Origin: Candidatus Eiseniibacteriota bacterium
GTDB taxonomy: Bacteria; Eisenbacteria; RBG-16-71-46; CAIMUX01; VGJL01
Assembly (NCBI GenBank): GCA_963792585.1
Contig: CAWBWI010000001.1
Location: forward strand, 800,001 to 864,000
DNA length: 64,000 bases
Direction of reading: 5' to 3'
Shown here: one piece after another, positions 19,185-32,089 of the stretch
How the letters are laid out: the number at the start of each line of letters is the position of its first letter
How positions within the stretch are numbered: position 1 is the first letter of the stretch
Notes under the pieces: generated by a model
What the model saw: the letters and a program-made list of their open reading frames with translations, nothing else
What the model was told of the DNA's origin: nothing
The model's database searches: none
Translations under genes and position numbers: made by a program

Positions 19185-20239
19185 GGTCGTTCCTCCTCTT
19201 CGCTTCGCTTGCCCTCGAGCGCCTCGAGCCGGCGCGAGAGATCTCGAACGAGCCGCACCATCTCGGGGAGATGGCGCATCGACGCGTAGATCCGGCGGGC
19301 TTGCCCGTGCGGCGACGCCGGATACCCTGAGACCTCGGCGTCGGCTGCGATCGACTTGGTCACCCCGCTCTGAGCTCCAACACGCACGCGATCGCCGACC
19401 TCGATGTGGCCGACCAGGCCGACCTGTCCCCCGAGCGTAACGTCATCGCCGACTCTCGCGCTCCCCGAGATGCCTACCTGCGCGCACAGGATCGAGTTCT
19501 CCCCGATCTCGACGTTGTGGGCGATCATGACGAGATTGTCGATTCTAGTGCCGTTGCCGATACGGGTCGTGCCCGTCGTGGCCCGGTCGATCGTGGCGTT
19601 CGCGCCGACCTCGACGTCGTCGCCGATCTCCACGTTTCCGATCTGCGGGATCTTGCGGATCGTCCCGCCATCGCGGGTAAACCCGAATCCGTCGTCTCCG
19701 ATCACGGCGCCGCTGTGGATGATGACCCTCTCGCCGATCCGACATCCTTCCCGGATGACCGCGTTCGGGTAGATCAATGACTCGGTTCCGATCGTGACGT
19801 CGCCTCCGACGAACGCCCCCGCCATGATAACCACGCGATCACCCAGCTGCGACTGCTCCCCGACGACGACGTGCGGCCCGATCGACACGTCCTTCCCGAG
19901 AACGGCGTTCGGGGCCAGAACCGCGGTCGGGTGGATGCCCGGGAGGATGCCGAGCCGCTCTTCCGCGAAGAGCTTGAGCGCCTGAAGGAAGGTCAGGTAG
20001 GGCTGTTGCGATTGCAGGACAGGCACGGTTCCGCCCGGCGGAACGCCCGCCATGATGATGGCGGATGCGCGGGTCGAGCCGAGGAAGACCTCGTACTTGG
20101 GATGGCCGAGGAACGTGAGATCCCCGGGCCCCGCTTCCCTGATCCCGGCGACACCGGTGATCTCGACAGAGCCGTCCCCATGCAGGGGGACGCCGAGTCT
20201 CTCCGCCAGCTCACCCAACCGTATCCTCATCGTCGACAC
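19181..20239 (-). CDS. lpxD: UDP-3-O-acylglucosamine N-acyltransferase
   Basis: Hexapeptide repeats, DGFGF, KIPQIG, IDRAT, DNLVMIAHNV. Confidence 0.96.
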   Translation of the reverse strand: MSTMRIRLGELAERLGVPLHGDGSVEITGVAGIREAGPGDLTFLGHPKYEVFLGSTRASAIIMAGVPPGGTVPVLQSQQPYLTFLQALKLFAEERLGILPGIHPTAVLAPNAVLGKDVSIGPHVVVGEQSQLGDRVVIMAGAFVGGDVTIGTESLIYPNAVIREGCRIGERVIIHSGAVIGDDGFGFTRDGGTIRKIPQIGNVEIGDDVEVGANATIDRATTGTTRIGNGTRIDNLVMIAHNVEIGENSILCAQVGISGSARVGDDVTLGGQVGLVGHIEVGDRVRVGAQSGVTKSIAADAEVSGYPASPHGQARRIYASMRHLPEMVRLVRDLSRRLEALEGKRSEEEERP

Positions 20240-20246
20240 CCGTCCC

Positions 20247-20786
20247 CTACTCGGGCTGGTTCAGGGCGTCGATCACGCGCTGGGTCAGATCGTGGACCTT
20301 GTCCGCGTAGATGATGTTGCCTTCCGAGGCGTCCAGGATGAAGTCGTACCCGTCTTCGGAAGCGATCTTGCGGGCGATTCTCTGGATCTTCTCGATGATC
20401 GGCTTCAGAAGCTCGTCGTTCCGCTGCGTGACCAATCCGCCGGGCCCCCAGATGCTCTGGACGTACTGATCGTGCTCGGCGAGCTTGCGCTGGTAGTCCT
20501 GCTCCTTCTGGCGTCGGACCTGGTCGCTCAGCATGGGGGCCTGGGCTTCGAGTTCCTTGGAAAGCAGGTCCAGCTCCGTCTTGCGTCGCTGCGCCTCCTG
20601 ATTCCAGGTCTCCACTTCCCTGTTGAACTGCTCGGTCGCCGATCGGGCGGCCTGGCTCTGGTCCAGGATCGTGGTCGATCGGATGAACCCGATCTTGAGG
20701 TTCTGAGCCCCCGCCGGACTCGTCACCCCTCCGAGGATTCCGAGGAGCAGCGCGAAACTGGCGGCCCAGGCTAGACGACGGATCAT
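20247..20786 (-). CDS. skp: periplasmic chaperone Skp/OmpH
   Basis: Signal peptide, KIGFI, coiled coil, YDFILD...DLTQRVI; between bamA and lpxD; SD GGAGGAGG. Confidence 0.9.
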   Translation of the reverse strand: MIRRLAWAASFALLLGILGGVTSPAGAQNLKIGFIRSTTILDQSQAARSATEQFNREVETWNQEAQRRKTELDLLSKELEAQAPMLSDQVRRQKEQDYQRKLAEHDQYVQSIWGPGGLVTQRNDELLKPIIEKIQRIARKIASEDGYDFILDASEGNIIYADKVHDLTQRVIDALNQPE

Positions 20787-20869
20787 ATCGGTGCCTCCTC
20801 CGGGAGAACCGGCTTCAGTCAACGGATGGTAGTCGATTCGTCCGCCTTCATGACACCCCGAAACGGGGG

Positions 20870-23230
20870 CTAGAAGGCCGGCCCAAGGATGAAGTGGAAG
20901 CGCCAGTGCTTGACCGCGGTTCCGTACCCGTAGTCCAGTCCGATCTGGCCGAGCATCGGAATCTCGAAACGCAACCCCCCGCCCAGACCCTCTTTGAGGC
21001 CGGTGAACGAGAGCTCTCCGGGTCGATTCCAGGTGTTACCGGCGTCGTAGAACAGGAGCCCCCGGACGGGGTTCACGATCGGGAACTGCAGCTCGGTGGT
21101 GAAGCCCATCATGACGCGCCCGCCGGGGAAGCGGACCTGTCCCGAGCCGACGCCCTGCACGTTCTCATCCGGGACGACGTAATAGTCGTCATAGCCTCGG
21201 AGGTACTCGAATGGTCGCGTCCCGCCGAGTCGGAAGGTCTCCGTGCTTGGGGTCCCCCTGTGGTTTCCCAGGGGCATGAGCCACCCCAGTCGCCATCGCA
21301 TCATCACCGCGGGCTTCCAGACCGGCTGGAAGTAGACACGGTGATCCACCGTCGGCTTGAAGTAGTGCTGGTCTCCCTGGAACGGTCCGCCGGCAACCTC
21401 GAAGCGCGCGGTCGTCCGCGATCCCAGTGTGGGATAGAACGGATTGTCGGTGGAATTGCGAACGAACGAGAGGAAGGTCGAGTTGATTCGGCCCGAGCTG
21501 GCGGCGAGACGTTCGGAGAGAGGAATTCCATCGGCGGTGGTCGAGGTCTTCAGACTCTCATCGAACTTCGTGTAGCGGAAATCCTCCATGCTGAGACCGA
21601 CGTAGACGTGGGAGTAGTCCGGGAAGGCGTACATCCAGGGTCGGCCGACCGTGAGCGCTCCGCCCTTGCGCGTTTCCGTGTAGAGGTCGCGGGTGCTCCG
21701 GGTATTGAAGACATCGACGCCGAGTGAGGTCGGGTACCCCAGGAACCAGGGATCCTGGAAGCTGACGTTGTAGTTCTCCCGTTTTCCTCCACGCTCCAGG
21801 GAGAGCGACACGCTCTGGCCGTTGCCGAAGAGGTTCGGGTGGCCGAGTTGGATGAAACCGGTCAATCCCGTCTCGCTCGAGTACCCCACTCCACCGCTGG
21901 CCTGCCCCGTGCTCTTCTCTTTGACCTTGAAGACGATGTCGACGTCCGTCCCCTCTCCCGTGGGTTGATAGTCGAGCTGCACGTCTTCGAAGAAGCCCAG
22001 CGCAAAGACGTCCCGTTGCGATCGCAAGAGCAGGGAACGCCGAAGCAGGTCCCCCGGGTACAGGGTCATCTCGCGGCGAATGACCCGTTCCTTTGTCCTG
22101 TGGTTGCCGGTGATCTGGATCTCGTGAACCTGGGACGGGCGTCCCTCGGAGATCCTGTAAGCGACATCGATGGTATCGCCCCTGGCGCTCGTCTCGGGAA
22201 CGATTGAGATTTCGAGCAGGTAACCCCGGTCCGTGTAGAGGCCGTAGGCCTCGGCGGTGGTCTGCTCGAGCTTCTCCTGGCTGAAGGGGTCTCCCGGATG
22301 GAACTTCGCGGCATCCTCGAGGGATTCTCGCGGCACGACCTCATTGCCGCCCCAGCTCCGGTTTCCGAAGAGGTAATAGGGGCCCTCGACGACCGCGTAG
22401 TGAAGGATCACGCCCCGACCTTCGTCCTGGAACTCCGGGTCGTCGAAGGAGACGGTCGCGTCCTTGTAGCCGTGGTTGCGGTAGAAGTCCTCGAGCTTCC
22501 CGCGGTCTTCGCGCGCCCGATCGGCGGTGTACCGCTTGCGGTGGAGGAACGAATTGGGCTTGAGCTGGAGCGCCCCGCGCAGCGTCTTCTCGGTGAATGC
22601 GGCGTTGCCCTCGATCGAGATGCCTCGGATCTTCACGCGCGGACCTTCTTCCACCCGGAGGGTGATCTTGGACTCGCCCGGCGTGGCCTCCTGAACTTCC
22701 GGAATGCAGCGCGCTCCCGCGTACCCTTCCTCCTGGTAGGCCTTCTCGACCGCCCGGCAGCTCTCGTCGAGCTTCTTGCGGGAGAGAAGCTGTCCGGCGC
22801 GGAGGGTCAACTTACCCTTCAGGTCCTCCGTCCCGATCTTCTTGTTGCCGGTGAAATCGAGCGCGCTGACGCGGGGATTTTCCGTGACCTCGACGATGAG
22901 GCGCTGCCCCGCGTCCACGGGCTCGCTCTTGATCTCCACGTTCGAGAAGAGCCCGAGGTTCCAGAGCGCCTTTTGCCCGGCCCGAAGGCGTTCTCCCGAT
23001 AGGGGGTCGCCGATCGGGATATCGAGCGTTCGAAGGATCAGCTGGGAATCCGCCGCGTGGTTTCCCCGGACTTCGATCGCCGTGACGGGCACGGGCGAAT
23101 CGGCGGCGGTGCCGGAGCCCACGCCGGCGGCCTCCGCCCTAACGGCGGAGCCGAGCCACGCGAGGCCCAGCCACAGAAGGAGAAGCACGAAGGGTCCTCC
23201 GGACCCCGCGCGCGGCCCTGTACGTCTCAT
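20870..23230 (-). CDS. bamA: outer membrane protein assembly factor BamA
   Basis: Signal peptide, POTRA repeats (GN..), NLFGNGQ, LRGY loop, C-terminal Phe. Confidence 0.95.
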   Translation of the reverse strand: MRRTGPRAGSGGPFVLLLLWLGLAWLGSAVRAEAAGVGSGTAADSPVPVTAIEVRGNHAADSQLILRTLDIPIGDPLSGERLRAGQKALWNLGLFSNVEIKSEPVDAGQRLIVEVTENPRVSALDFTGNKKIGTEDLKGKLTLRAGQLLSRKKLDESCRAVEKAYQEEGYAGARCIPEVQEATPGESKITLRVEEGPRVKIRGISIEGNAAFTEKTLRGALQLKPNSFLHRKRYTADRAREDRGKLEDFYRNHGYKDATVSFDDPEFQDEGRGVILHYAVVEGPYYLFGNRSWGGNEVVPRESLEDAAKFHPGDPFSQEKLEQTTAEAYGLYTDRGYLLEISIVPETSARGDTIDVAYRISEGRPSQVHEIQITGNHRTKERVIRREMTLYPGDLLRRSLLLRSQRDVFALGFFEDVQLDYQPTGEGTDVDIVFKVKEKSTGQASGGVGYSSETGLTGFIQLGHPNLFGNGQSVSLSLERGGKRENYNVSFQDPWFLGYPTSLGVDVFNTRSTRDLYTETRKGGALTVGRPWMYAFPDYSHVYVGLSMEDFRYTKFDESLKTSTTADGIPLSERLAASSGRINSTFLSFVRNSTDNPFYPTLGSRTTARFEVAGGPFQGDQHYFKPTVDHRVYFQPVWKPAVMMRWRLGWLMPLGNHRGTPSTETFRLGGTRPFEYLRGYDDYYVVPDENVQGVGSGQVRFPGGRVMMGFTTELQFPIVNPVRGLLFYDAGNTWNRPGELSFTGLKEGLGGGLRFEIPMLGQIGLDYGYGTAVKHWRFHFILGPAF

Positions 23231-23270
23231 TCGGTGCGTCCTGCTCCGTCGGCGCCGGAGCGGCGGCCTG

Positions 23271-25727
<2,457 letters not shown>

Positions 25728-25733
25728 CGCCGT

Positions 25734-26841
25734 CTATCGCTCCCCGCCCAGATCCCCTCCGGGGCCGCTCGGCACGTCGCTGCACGCCTCAAGCCGCTCG
25801 CTGAACCAAACGGGCGCGGAACTCGTTGCGCTCGGCCGAGGCCATCTCGCGCCCGGACGAGCTGCTGCAGATGGGCCGGCTGCGCGTAGAGCAGGATCTC
25901 GTTCAGCGTCCCAACGTCGGGCAGATCCGTCGAGACCGAGCGGTCACCCCGAAGCGTACCGCGGAGAGGAGCCCGATGCACTCCTGCGATGAGAGCACGC
26001 GGGCGTAGCGCAGGGTCCCGTAGGCCCGGCCGATCTTGTCCTCGATCTGGACCCGCGCGTCCCGGAGGAGCGACTCGCGGGCCCTCGTCCTCCATCTCGA
26101 GGATCTGGAGGACGACGCCGCTGCAGCTTCTCGAGCGTCGCCGCCTCGCTCACGCCGAGGGTGACCTGGTTGGAGATCTGGAAGAAGTTGCCGACGACGT
26201 CGCTCCCCTCGCCGTGGAAGCCGCGCACGGCGAGGCCCACCTGGGTCACCCCCGCGAGCACCTTCTTGACCCGCTGGGTCAGCACCAGGGACGGCAGGTG
26301 GACGAGGACGGAGGCGCGCATCCCGGTGCCGACATTCGTCGGACAGGCCGTCAGGTAGCCCGAACTCGTCCGAGAACGCGAAGGCGAACTCCGCTCCGAT
26401 CTCGTCGTCGAGCCGACTGACCGTTCCCAGGCCTCGTCGAGCTGGATCCCGCTCTTCATGCACTGGAGGCGAAGGTGGTCCTCCTCGTTGATCATCACGC
26501 TCAACGACTCGTCCGCCGCGATCGCAATCCCGCGATGCTTCGCCTCGGCCGTGAGGTCCGGCGAAAGGAGGTGCCGCTCGAGCAGGAACTGGCGGTCCAG
26601 GACGTCGAGCTCGTCGACTGCGGAAACGATCCCGCGCTCCATCCGACTCGTGGCGCGGACGGCGGCTGCCGGCCTCTCGATAGATCGAGGCCAGCTCGTC
26701 CTCGGGCGCGTGCCCGACGAATCGGGCCCCGTTCAGGTTGCGCGCGAGGCGGACGCGGGTGGACAGGATCGTCTCGGCCCGTGGGCCCGAGCCGTCGAAC
26801 CACTTCTTCCGCTCGCCCAGCATCCGATCGACGGGGATCAA
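25734..26841 (-). CDS. mcsB: protein arginine kinase McsB (frameshifted)
   Basis: STRVRLARN, LLERHLLS, INEEDHLR, GYLTACPTNVGTGMRAS, FQISNQ, QPAHLQ. Confidence 0.9.
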
Positions 26842-27364
26842 GTGCGCGGTTCCTCCTCGGTGGGGGCGCTATCGAGTCCGCGGATCGCATCGCGCAGCTG
26901 GGCGGCCCGCTCATAGTCCTCCGCCACGATCGCCCGCTGGAGGTCGTCCTGCAAGCGCTGGAGTTGAACCTGCGGTCGCTGACCGGACGAGCGGCGGCCC
27001 GGCGTCTTGCCGGCGTGCCGGGTCGATCCGTGGACCCGACGCATCAGGCGGCGAAGCTGCAGATCGAAGGCGGTGTAGCAGTCCGGGACATCCGAGCCGG
27101 CCCGCGCGGGCGAACTCGCTGTAACGCAGGCCGCAGGAAGGGCACTGGACCTGCCCCATCTTCGCGGATCGCTTCTCCGGGTAGAGGTTCTCGGCCATCG
27201 AAGATCAGCTTGCTGGTCAGGCTGTTCTTCTCCATTTCCACGATGGAGTGGAATCCCTTCTCCTCGGCGCAAGCAGGACAGAGATGCATCTCGTGCATCT
27301 CCTCGTACTTGAGCTCCTTGAAGTGGATGGTGGCCTCGGCTTCACCGCAGACCTGGCACTTCAC
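26838..27364 (-). CDS. mcsA: McsA (CXXC motifs + UVR domain), frameshifted
   Basis: CQVC, CPAC, CPSC, GRLGC, AIVAEDYERAAQLRD. Confidence 0.88.
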
Positions 27365-28093
27365 GGCTTCCCTGTCCCTCCCAGTGGTGTTCCGGGTCCG
27401 CCGGATCGGGGTTCCGGCTGGAGCCTTCCTTGGATGAGCCTGCTTCTGTTATCGGCAACTCTGGCGAGGCTTTCATTATGTGTTGCAATGAGCCAGCTTT
27501 GCCCCCGCTCCTTGGCCAGAGTATACACCAGTTCGTGAAGACGCTCGGCCGTCTCCGGATCGAGGTTCCCGGAGGGCTCGTCCGCCACGACCAAACGGGG
27601 CTGGTGAAACAGGCTACGCGCCACGGCCACCCTCTGCTGCTCGCCGCCGGAGAGCTCGTGGGGCTTGTGGCGGACCCGATCCGACAGCCCTACCGCATCG
27701 AGGAGCTCCTGGGCCCGCGCGCGGACCTTCGGGGCGGGGAAGCGCGCGATCAACCCCGGCATCATCACGTTTTCCAGCGCACTGAACTCGGGCAAGCAGG
27801 TGGTGAAACTGGAAGACGAACCCGATGTGCCGATTGCGGAATCCTGCCCGTGCGGAATCCGAGAGATCGAACACGTTCCCTTCGGCGAAATCCACCGAGC
27901 CGCGCGTCGGCTTGTCCAGGGTCCCGACGATGTGGAGCAGGGTACTTTTCCCCACCCCCGACGCGCCAAGGATCACGTGGATCTCGCCGGGCGTCACGTC
28001 CAGGTCGACCCCGCGCAGGACGTGAAGGACCTGCCCGGGACTGGCGAAGTCCTTCTCGATTCCGCGGGCGCGGACGATCGACTCACTCGTCAT
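27361..28093 (-). CDS. lolD: lipoprotein-releasing ABC transporter ATPase (one frameshift near 27795)
   Basis: GASGVGKST, GFVFQFHHL, LSGGEQQRVAVAR, ADEPSGNLD. Confidence 0.9.
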
Positions 28094-29324
28094 AGCGGAT
28101 CGCCTCCACCGGATCGAACCGCGAGGCCCACCAGGCGGGCAGGAGGGTGGCAACGACGCAGAGCAGGAGCACGGCGGCCTCGATCGCGATCACGTCCCCC
28201 GCCTCCACGCGTACCGGCAAGCTGTCGATGAAGTAGACGTCTCCCGGCAGCTTGATGAACTTGTACCGCTCCAGCGCCCAGCAGAGCGTGAGCCCCAGGA
28301 AGCTGCCGATCGCCATGCCCACGGCCCCGATCGCCACCCCCTCGAAGACGAAGAGGCGACGGATCGCCCCCTCCGTCGCGCCCATCGACTTCAGGATGCC
28401 GATCTCGCGCCGCTTGACCTTCACCATCATGATCTGCACCGAGGCGATGTTGAAGGCCGCGATGAGGATGATGAGGGCGAGGATGACGAACATCACCCGT
28501 TTCTCGGTCTGCATCCAGCTGAAGAGGTTGGCGTTGAGGTTGATCCAGTCGTTCGTGCGGTAGGGGAAGCCCCCCACGGCGATCACGATCTCGTCCGCGA
28601 TCTCGGGCGCGCGGAACATGTCGCGCACCTTGATCTCGAGCGCGGTCACGTTCTCACCGAGACCGAAGAACTCCTGCGCCTGGCGCAAGTCGATGAAGGC
28701 CATCCCCGCGTCGTACTCGTACATCCCGCTCCGGAAAACCCCGGACACCACGAACGTCCGCACCTTCGGGATGAATCCCAGCGGCGTGGGGGCCGTCGAT
28801 TTCGGGGAGATCAACTGCAGCTTCTCCCCGACCGCGAGACCGAGGGTTTCTGCGAGGTGAACGCCGAGGATGATCCCGGGAGTTCCGCCCGGCGGGGGCG
28901 CGAGCGGCGGCGCCTCGGGCACCGTCTCGATGTAGCGCGCCACGGAGGTGACGCTGTCCTCGCGCGCGGGATCGATCCCCTTGATCACCGCCCCGTCCGC
29001 CCGCCCTCCGGCGACCATCATCGCCTTGGCATAGACGAAGGGGGCCACCGCTGTCACGTCGTCGACCATGCGCACCATTTCGGCCACGGAGTCGGGATGT
29101 GAGATCCCCGCGTCGCCGAAGGTGAGGAGGATCACGTGGGCGTTGGTGCCGACGATCCGCGTCTTCACCTCCTTCTCGAAGCCGTTCATCACCGCCAGGA
29201 CCACGATGAGGGCCATCACCCCGAGCGTGACGGCAAGGACCGTGATGATCGTGATGAAGGAGAGGAAGACCCTCCCCCGGTGCGGGAGGAGATGACGCCG
29301 CGCGACGAAGAGCTCGAACGGCAC
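28083..29324 (-). CDS. lipoprotein-releasing ABC transporter permease LolC/E
   Basis: VLAVMNGF, GMYEYD, AAFNI, EIGILKSMGA, DVYFIDSLP. Confidence 0.92.
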   Translation of the reverse strand: MPFELFVARRHLLPHRGRVFLSFITIITVLAVTLGVMALIVVLAVMNGFEKEVKTRIVGTNAHVILLTFGDAGISHPDSVAEMVRMVDDVTAVAPFVYAKAMMVAGGRADGAVIKGIDPAREDSVTSVARYIETVPEAPPLAPPPGGTPGIILGVHLAETLGLAVGEKLQLISPKSTAPTPLGFIPKVRTFVVSGVFRSGMYEYDAGMAFIDLRQAQEFFGLGENVTALEIKVRDMFRAPEIADEIVIAVGGFPYRTNDWINLNANLFSWMQTEKRVMFVILALIILIAAFNIASVQIMMVKVKRREIGILKSMGATEGAIRRLFVFEGVAIGAVGMAIGSFLGLTLCWALERYKFIKLPGDVYFIDSLPVRVEAGDVIAIEAAVLLLCVVATLLPAWWASRFDPVEAIRYDE

Positions 29325-29330
29325 GCTGCC

Positions 29331-30729
29331 TCAGTCCACGTCGAAGACGAGCGGATCCGCCTCGTCGGCGACCACCGTCGGGTACGCCCCCGTGAAACAG
29401 GCGAGACAGTAGGAATTGGGGGCGACCACCGCCGCCTTGAGATCGTCGGTCGTCAGGTAGCCCAGGGTGGTCGCCCCGATGTAGGCGCGGATCTGCTCCA
29501 CATCGAGCCTGCTGCCGATCAACTCCGCCTTTCGCGGGGTGTCGATGCCGTAGTAGCACGGACTCGTGATCGGCGGGCTCGAGAGGCGAAAGTGAACCTC
29601 GCTGGCGCCGGCCCGCAGCAGGAGGCGGACCAGCTGGCGGCTCGTCGTCCCCCGGACGATCGAGTCGTCCACCACGACGACCCTGCGGTCCTTCAGGACC
29701 TCGACGACAGGGTTGAACTTCACCCGCACCGCGTCGACGCGCGACTGCTGCCCCGGCCGGATGAAGGTGCGACCGACGTAGTGGTTCCTGATCAATCCGT
29801 GCTCGTACGGAATCCCCATCTCCTCCGCGAACCCGAGGGCGGCGCTGTTCGAGGAGTCGGGCACCGAGATGACGATGTCGGCCTGCGCCGGGTGACGTCG
29901 CGCGAGAAGGCGGCCGAGCTTGCGGCGCACATCCTGGACGCTCTCCCCGAAGACATGGGAGTCGGGTCGCGCGAAGTAGATCTGCTCGAACATGCAATAG
30001 GTGTGCTGGTCGCCGGTGCGCTCCATCCGGCTCGTAACCCCGTTCGCGTCGAGCACGACGAGCTCTCCCGGGCTCGATCTCACGAACCGTTTGGGCGCCG
30101 AGGATATCGAGCGCGCAACTCTCGGACGTCAGGATGTGCATCCCGTCCAGGTGCCCCAGGACGAGAGGACGGAAGCCGTGCGGGTCTCTCCAGCCGACGA
30201 TCGTCTTCTCGTTCATCACCAAACAGCTGATCGCACCCTCGACCTGCCCGACCGCGTCGAGGACGCGGTCCGGAAGCGTGGCTTTGCGCGAACGCGCGAT
30301 CAGGTGAAGCACGATCTCCGAGTCGGTCGTCGTCTGAAAGATGGATCCTTCCTGCTCCATCTTTCGACGCAGCGGAACCGAATTCGTGAGGTTGCCGTTG
30401 TGGGAGATCGCGAGCTTCCCGCCCTTGTAGTCGACCAGGATCGGCTGCACGTTGCGAAGCTTCGTCGCCTTTCCCGTCGTGGCGTAGCGGTTGTGCCCGA
30501 TCCCCATGTAGCCGTCCATCTGGGCGCGGATCGTATCCGGAAAGATGTCGGAGACCAGACCGATTCCGCGATGGACCCGCGTCTTCTCGCCGTTGTGCAC
30601 GACGATGCCGGCCCCCTCCTGCCCGCGATGCTGAAGGGCGTAGAGGCCGTAGTAGATCGACTCCGCCACGTTGCCGTGACCGTAGATGCCAAAGACGCCG
30701 CACTCTTCGTGGAAGCCGCGAGGCTCCAT
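29331..30729 (-). CDS. purF: amidophosphoribosyltransferase, Fe-S/propeptide type (frameshift near 30070)
   Basis: EECGVFG, QHRGQE, HNGN, CMFEQIYFARPDS, VDDSIVRGTT, CYYGID, CLAC. Confidence 0.94.
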
Positions 30730-30743
30730 CGATTCGTTGCCTC

Positions 30744-31307
30744 CTACTTTCCGCTCTCGGGAAGCCAGGGCGGGATGGTACCCGCGATGATCCGTTTCCA
30801 ATCTTCGAGCTGTGGATGCACCAAGAGACCATCCTTCGATCCCGCGCTGATGGCGGCGCGCTGCGTTCGCTCCCAGCGCGCCTGCGCGTCCCCCTCACGC
30901 CATCGGAGGCTCCATAAGGTTCCTCTGCCGAGACTCCACCCTAGGGTACGGTACGGCGCGAGCGCGCGAGCGCCGTGGGCCAGGTCTCGATCCGGAGCCC
31001 ACGCGAGCAGGCTCTCCCAACCGTTCTCTCCAGGCGCCGGCGGACCGAGGAGAGATTCGGCCTGTCCCGCGCGGCGGATCCGCGCGGACTCCTTGTTTGG
31101 ATTCCAAAGTTCGCCGCCCCTACGCAAGGAGTCGATCACCGGCTGGGGATCCTGCCCCGCCGGTCCGGACAGCTCCCAGAGGACCCGCCGGCGCAGTTCC
31201 AGCAGATCCTCGCCATACCCGAGATACCTCCGGAGGCAGGCCAGGGCCGTGAGGGCCGCGGGGTTCGCATTCTGCAGCGCAATCAGGATTTGCGTCGTCT
31301 CCTTCAT
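30744..31307 (-). CDS. putative tandem PurS-like FGAM synthase subunit
   Basis: 187 aa directly after purQ; two halves ending ELWNPNKE and LLVHPQLED resemble the PurS LLANPVIE terminus. Confidence 0.6.
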   Translation of the reverse strand: MKETTQILIALQNANPAALTALACLRRYLGYGEDLLELRRRVLWELSGPAGQDPQPVIDSLRRGGELWNPNKESARIRRAGQAESLLGPPAPGENGWESLLAWAPDRDLAHGARALAPYRTLGWSLGRGTLWSLRWREGDAQARWERTQRAAISAGSKDGLLVHPQLEDWKRIIAGTIPPWLPESGK

Positions 31308-32089
31308 CGTTCGCTCACCGCCTTCACCAGCGCCTGGAAGATTGCGAGTCCCGGGCCCGGCGCCTCCGGATCCTCGGCCGAGCCCGCTGCCAGGAATGGC
31401 GGAACCTGCGCGCGCAGGACGGCCCGCTCCGGATGCGGCATGAGGGCCAGGACGTTGCCCGCCGCATTGGTGATGCCGGCGGCGGCATGCATGCTTCCAT
31501 TGGGATTCCACGGGAAGTCGGACGTGATCGAACCGTCCGGCGCGCGGTAGGTGAGCGCGACGTTCGATGCGAGCCTCGAGGCGACCGCAGCGTCGCGGGT
31601 CCAGAAACGCCCCTCGCCGTGCGCCATCGGTACGGCGAAGATCCGCTCTCCGAGATCTTGCGTGAAGAGGCAACGGTCTGCCGCGGGGCCTCGGCCCAGA
31701 AGGACCCAGCGGGAGTAGTAACCGTCCCGCCCCGGCATGGTGTTCGGCGCGAGGACGACCTCGGAGACCCCCTCGTGGAAGCCGGGCACGAGACCCGACT
31801 CGACGAGGACCTGGGCGCCGTTGCAGATGCCGAGCACCGGGGCGCCCTCGCGCGCGCGCTTCGAGACGACCTCGAGCAGCGGAAGGCGGGCCGCAACCGC
31901 GCCGGCCCGGATCCGATCCTGATAGGAGAACCCGCCCGGCAGGATGTAGCCCCCGAAGTCCGCCAGCTTCGCCGGCGACTCGTTCCAGCGGACGATCGAC
32001 GCGCTGCCGCCCGCCATCTCCACGGCGCGAGCCGATTCCCGCTCGCAGTTGCTCCCGGGAAGCTCCAGGATCGCGATCGCGCGCCTCAT
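31304..32089 (-). CDS. purQ: FGAM synthase glutaminase subunit
   Basis: PGSNCE, PGGFSY, GICNG, AHGEG, NPNGS, MPHPER. Confidence 0.95.
   Translation of the reverse strand: MRRAIAILELPGSNCERESARAVEMAGGSASIVRWNESPAKLADFGGYILPGGFSYQDRIRAGAVAARLPLLEVVSKRAREGAPVLGICNGAQVLVESGLVPGFHEGVSEVVLAPNTMPGRDGYYSRWVLLGRGPAADRCLFTQDLGERIFAVPMAHGEGRFWTRDAAVASRLASNVALTYRAPDGSITSDFPWNPNGSMHAAAGITNAAGNVLALMPHPERAVLRAQVPPFLAAGSAEDPEAPGPGLAIFQALVKAVSER

Noticed and set aside
28654..30801. 715-aa PurF 'fusion' and 985-aa PurL ORF in the ORF track
   Set aside because: Artefacts of a frameshift running on in the wrong frame
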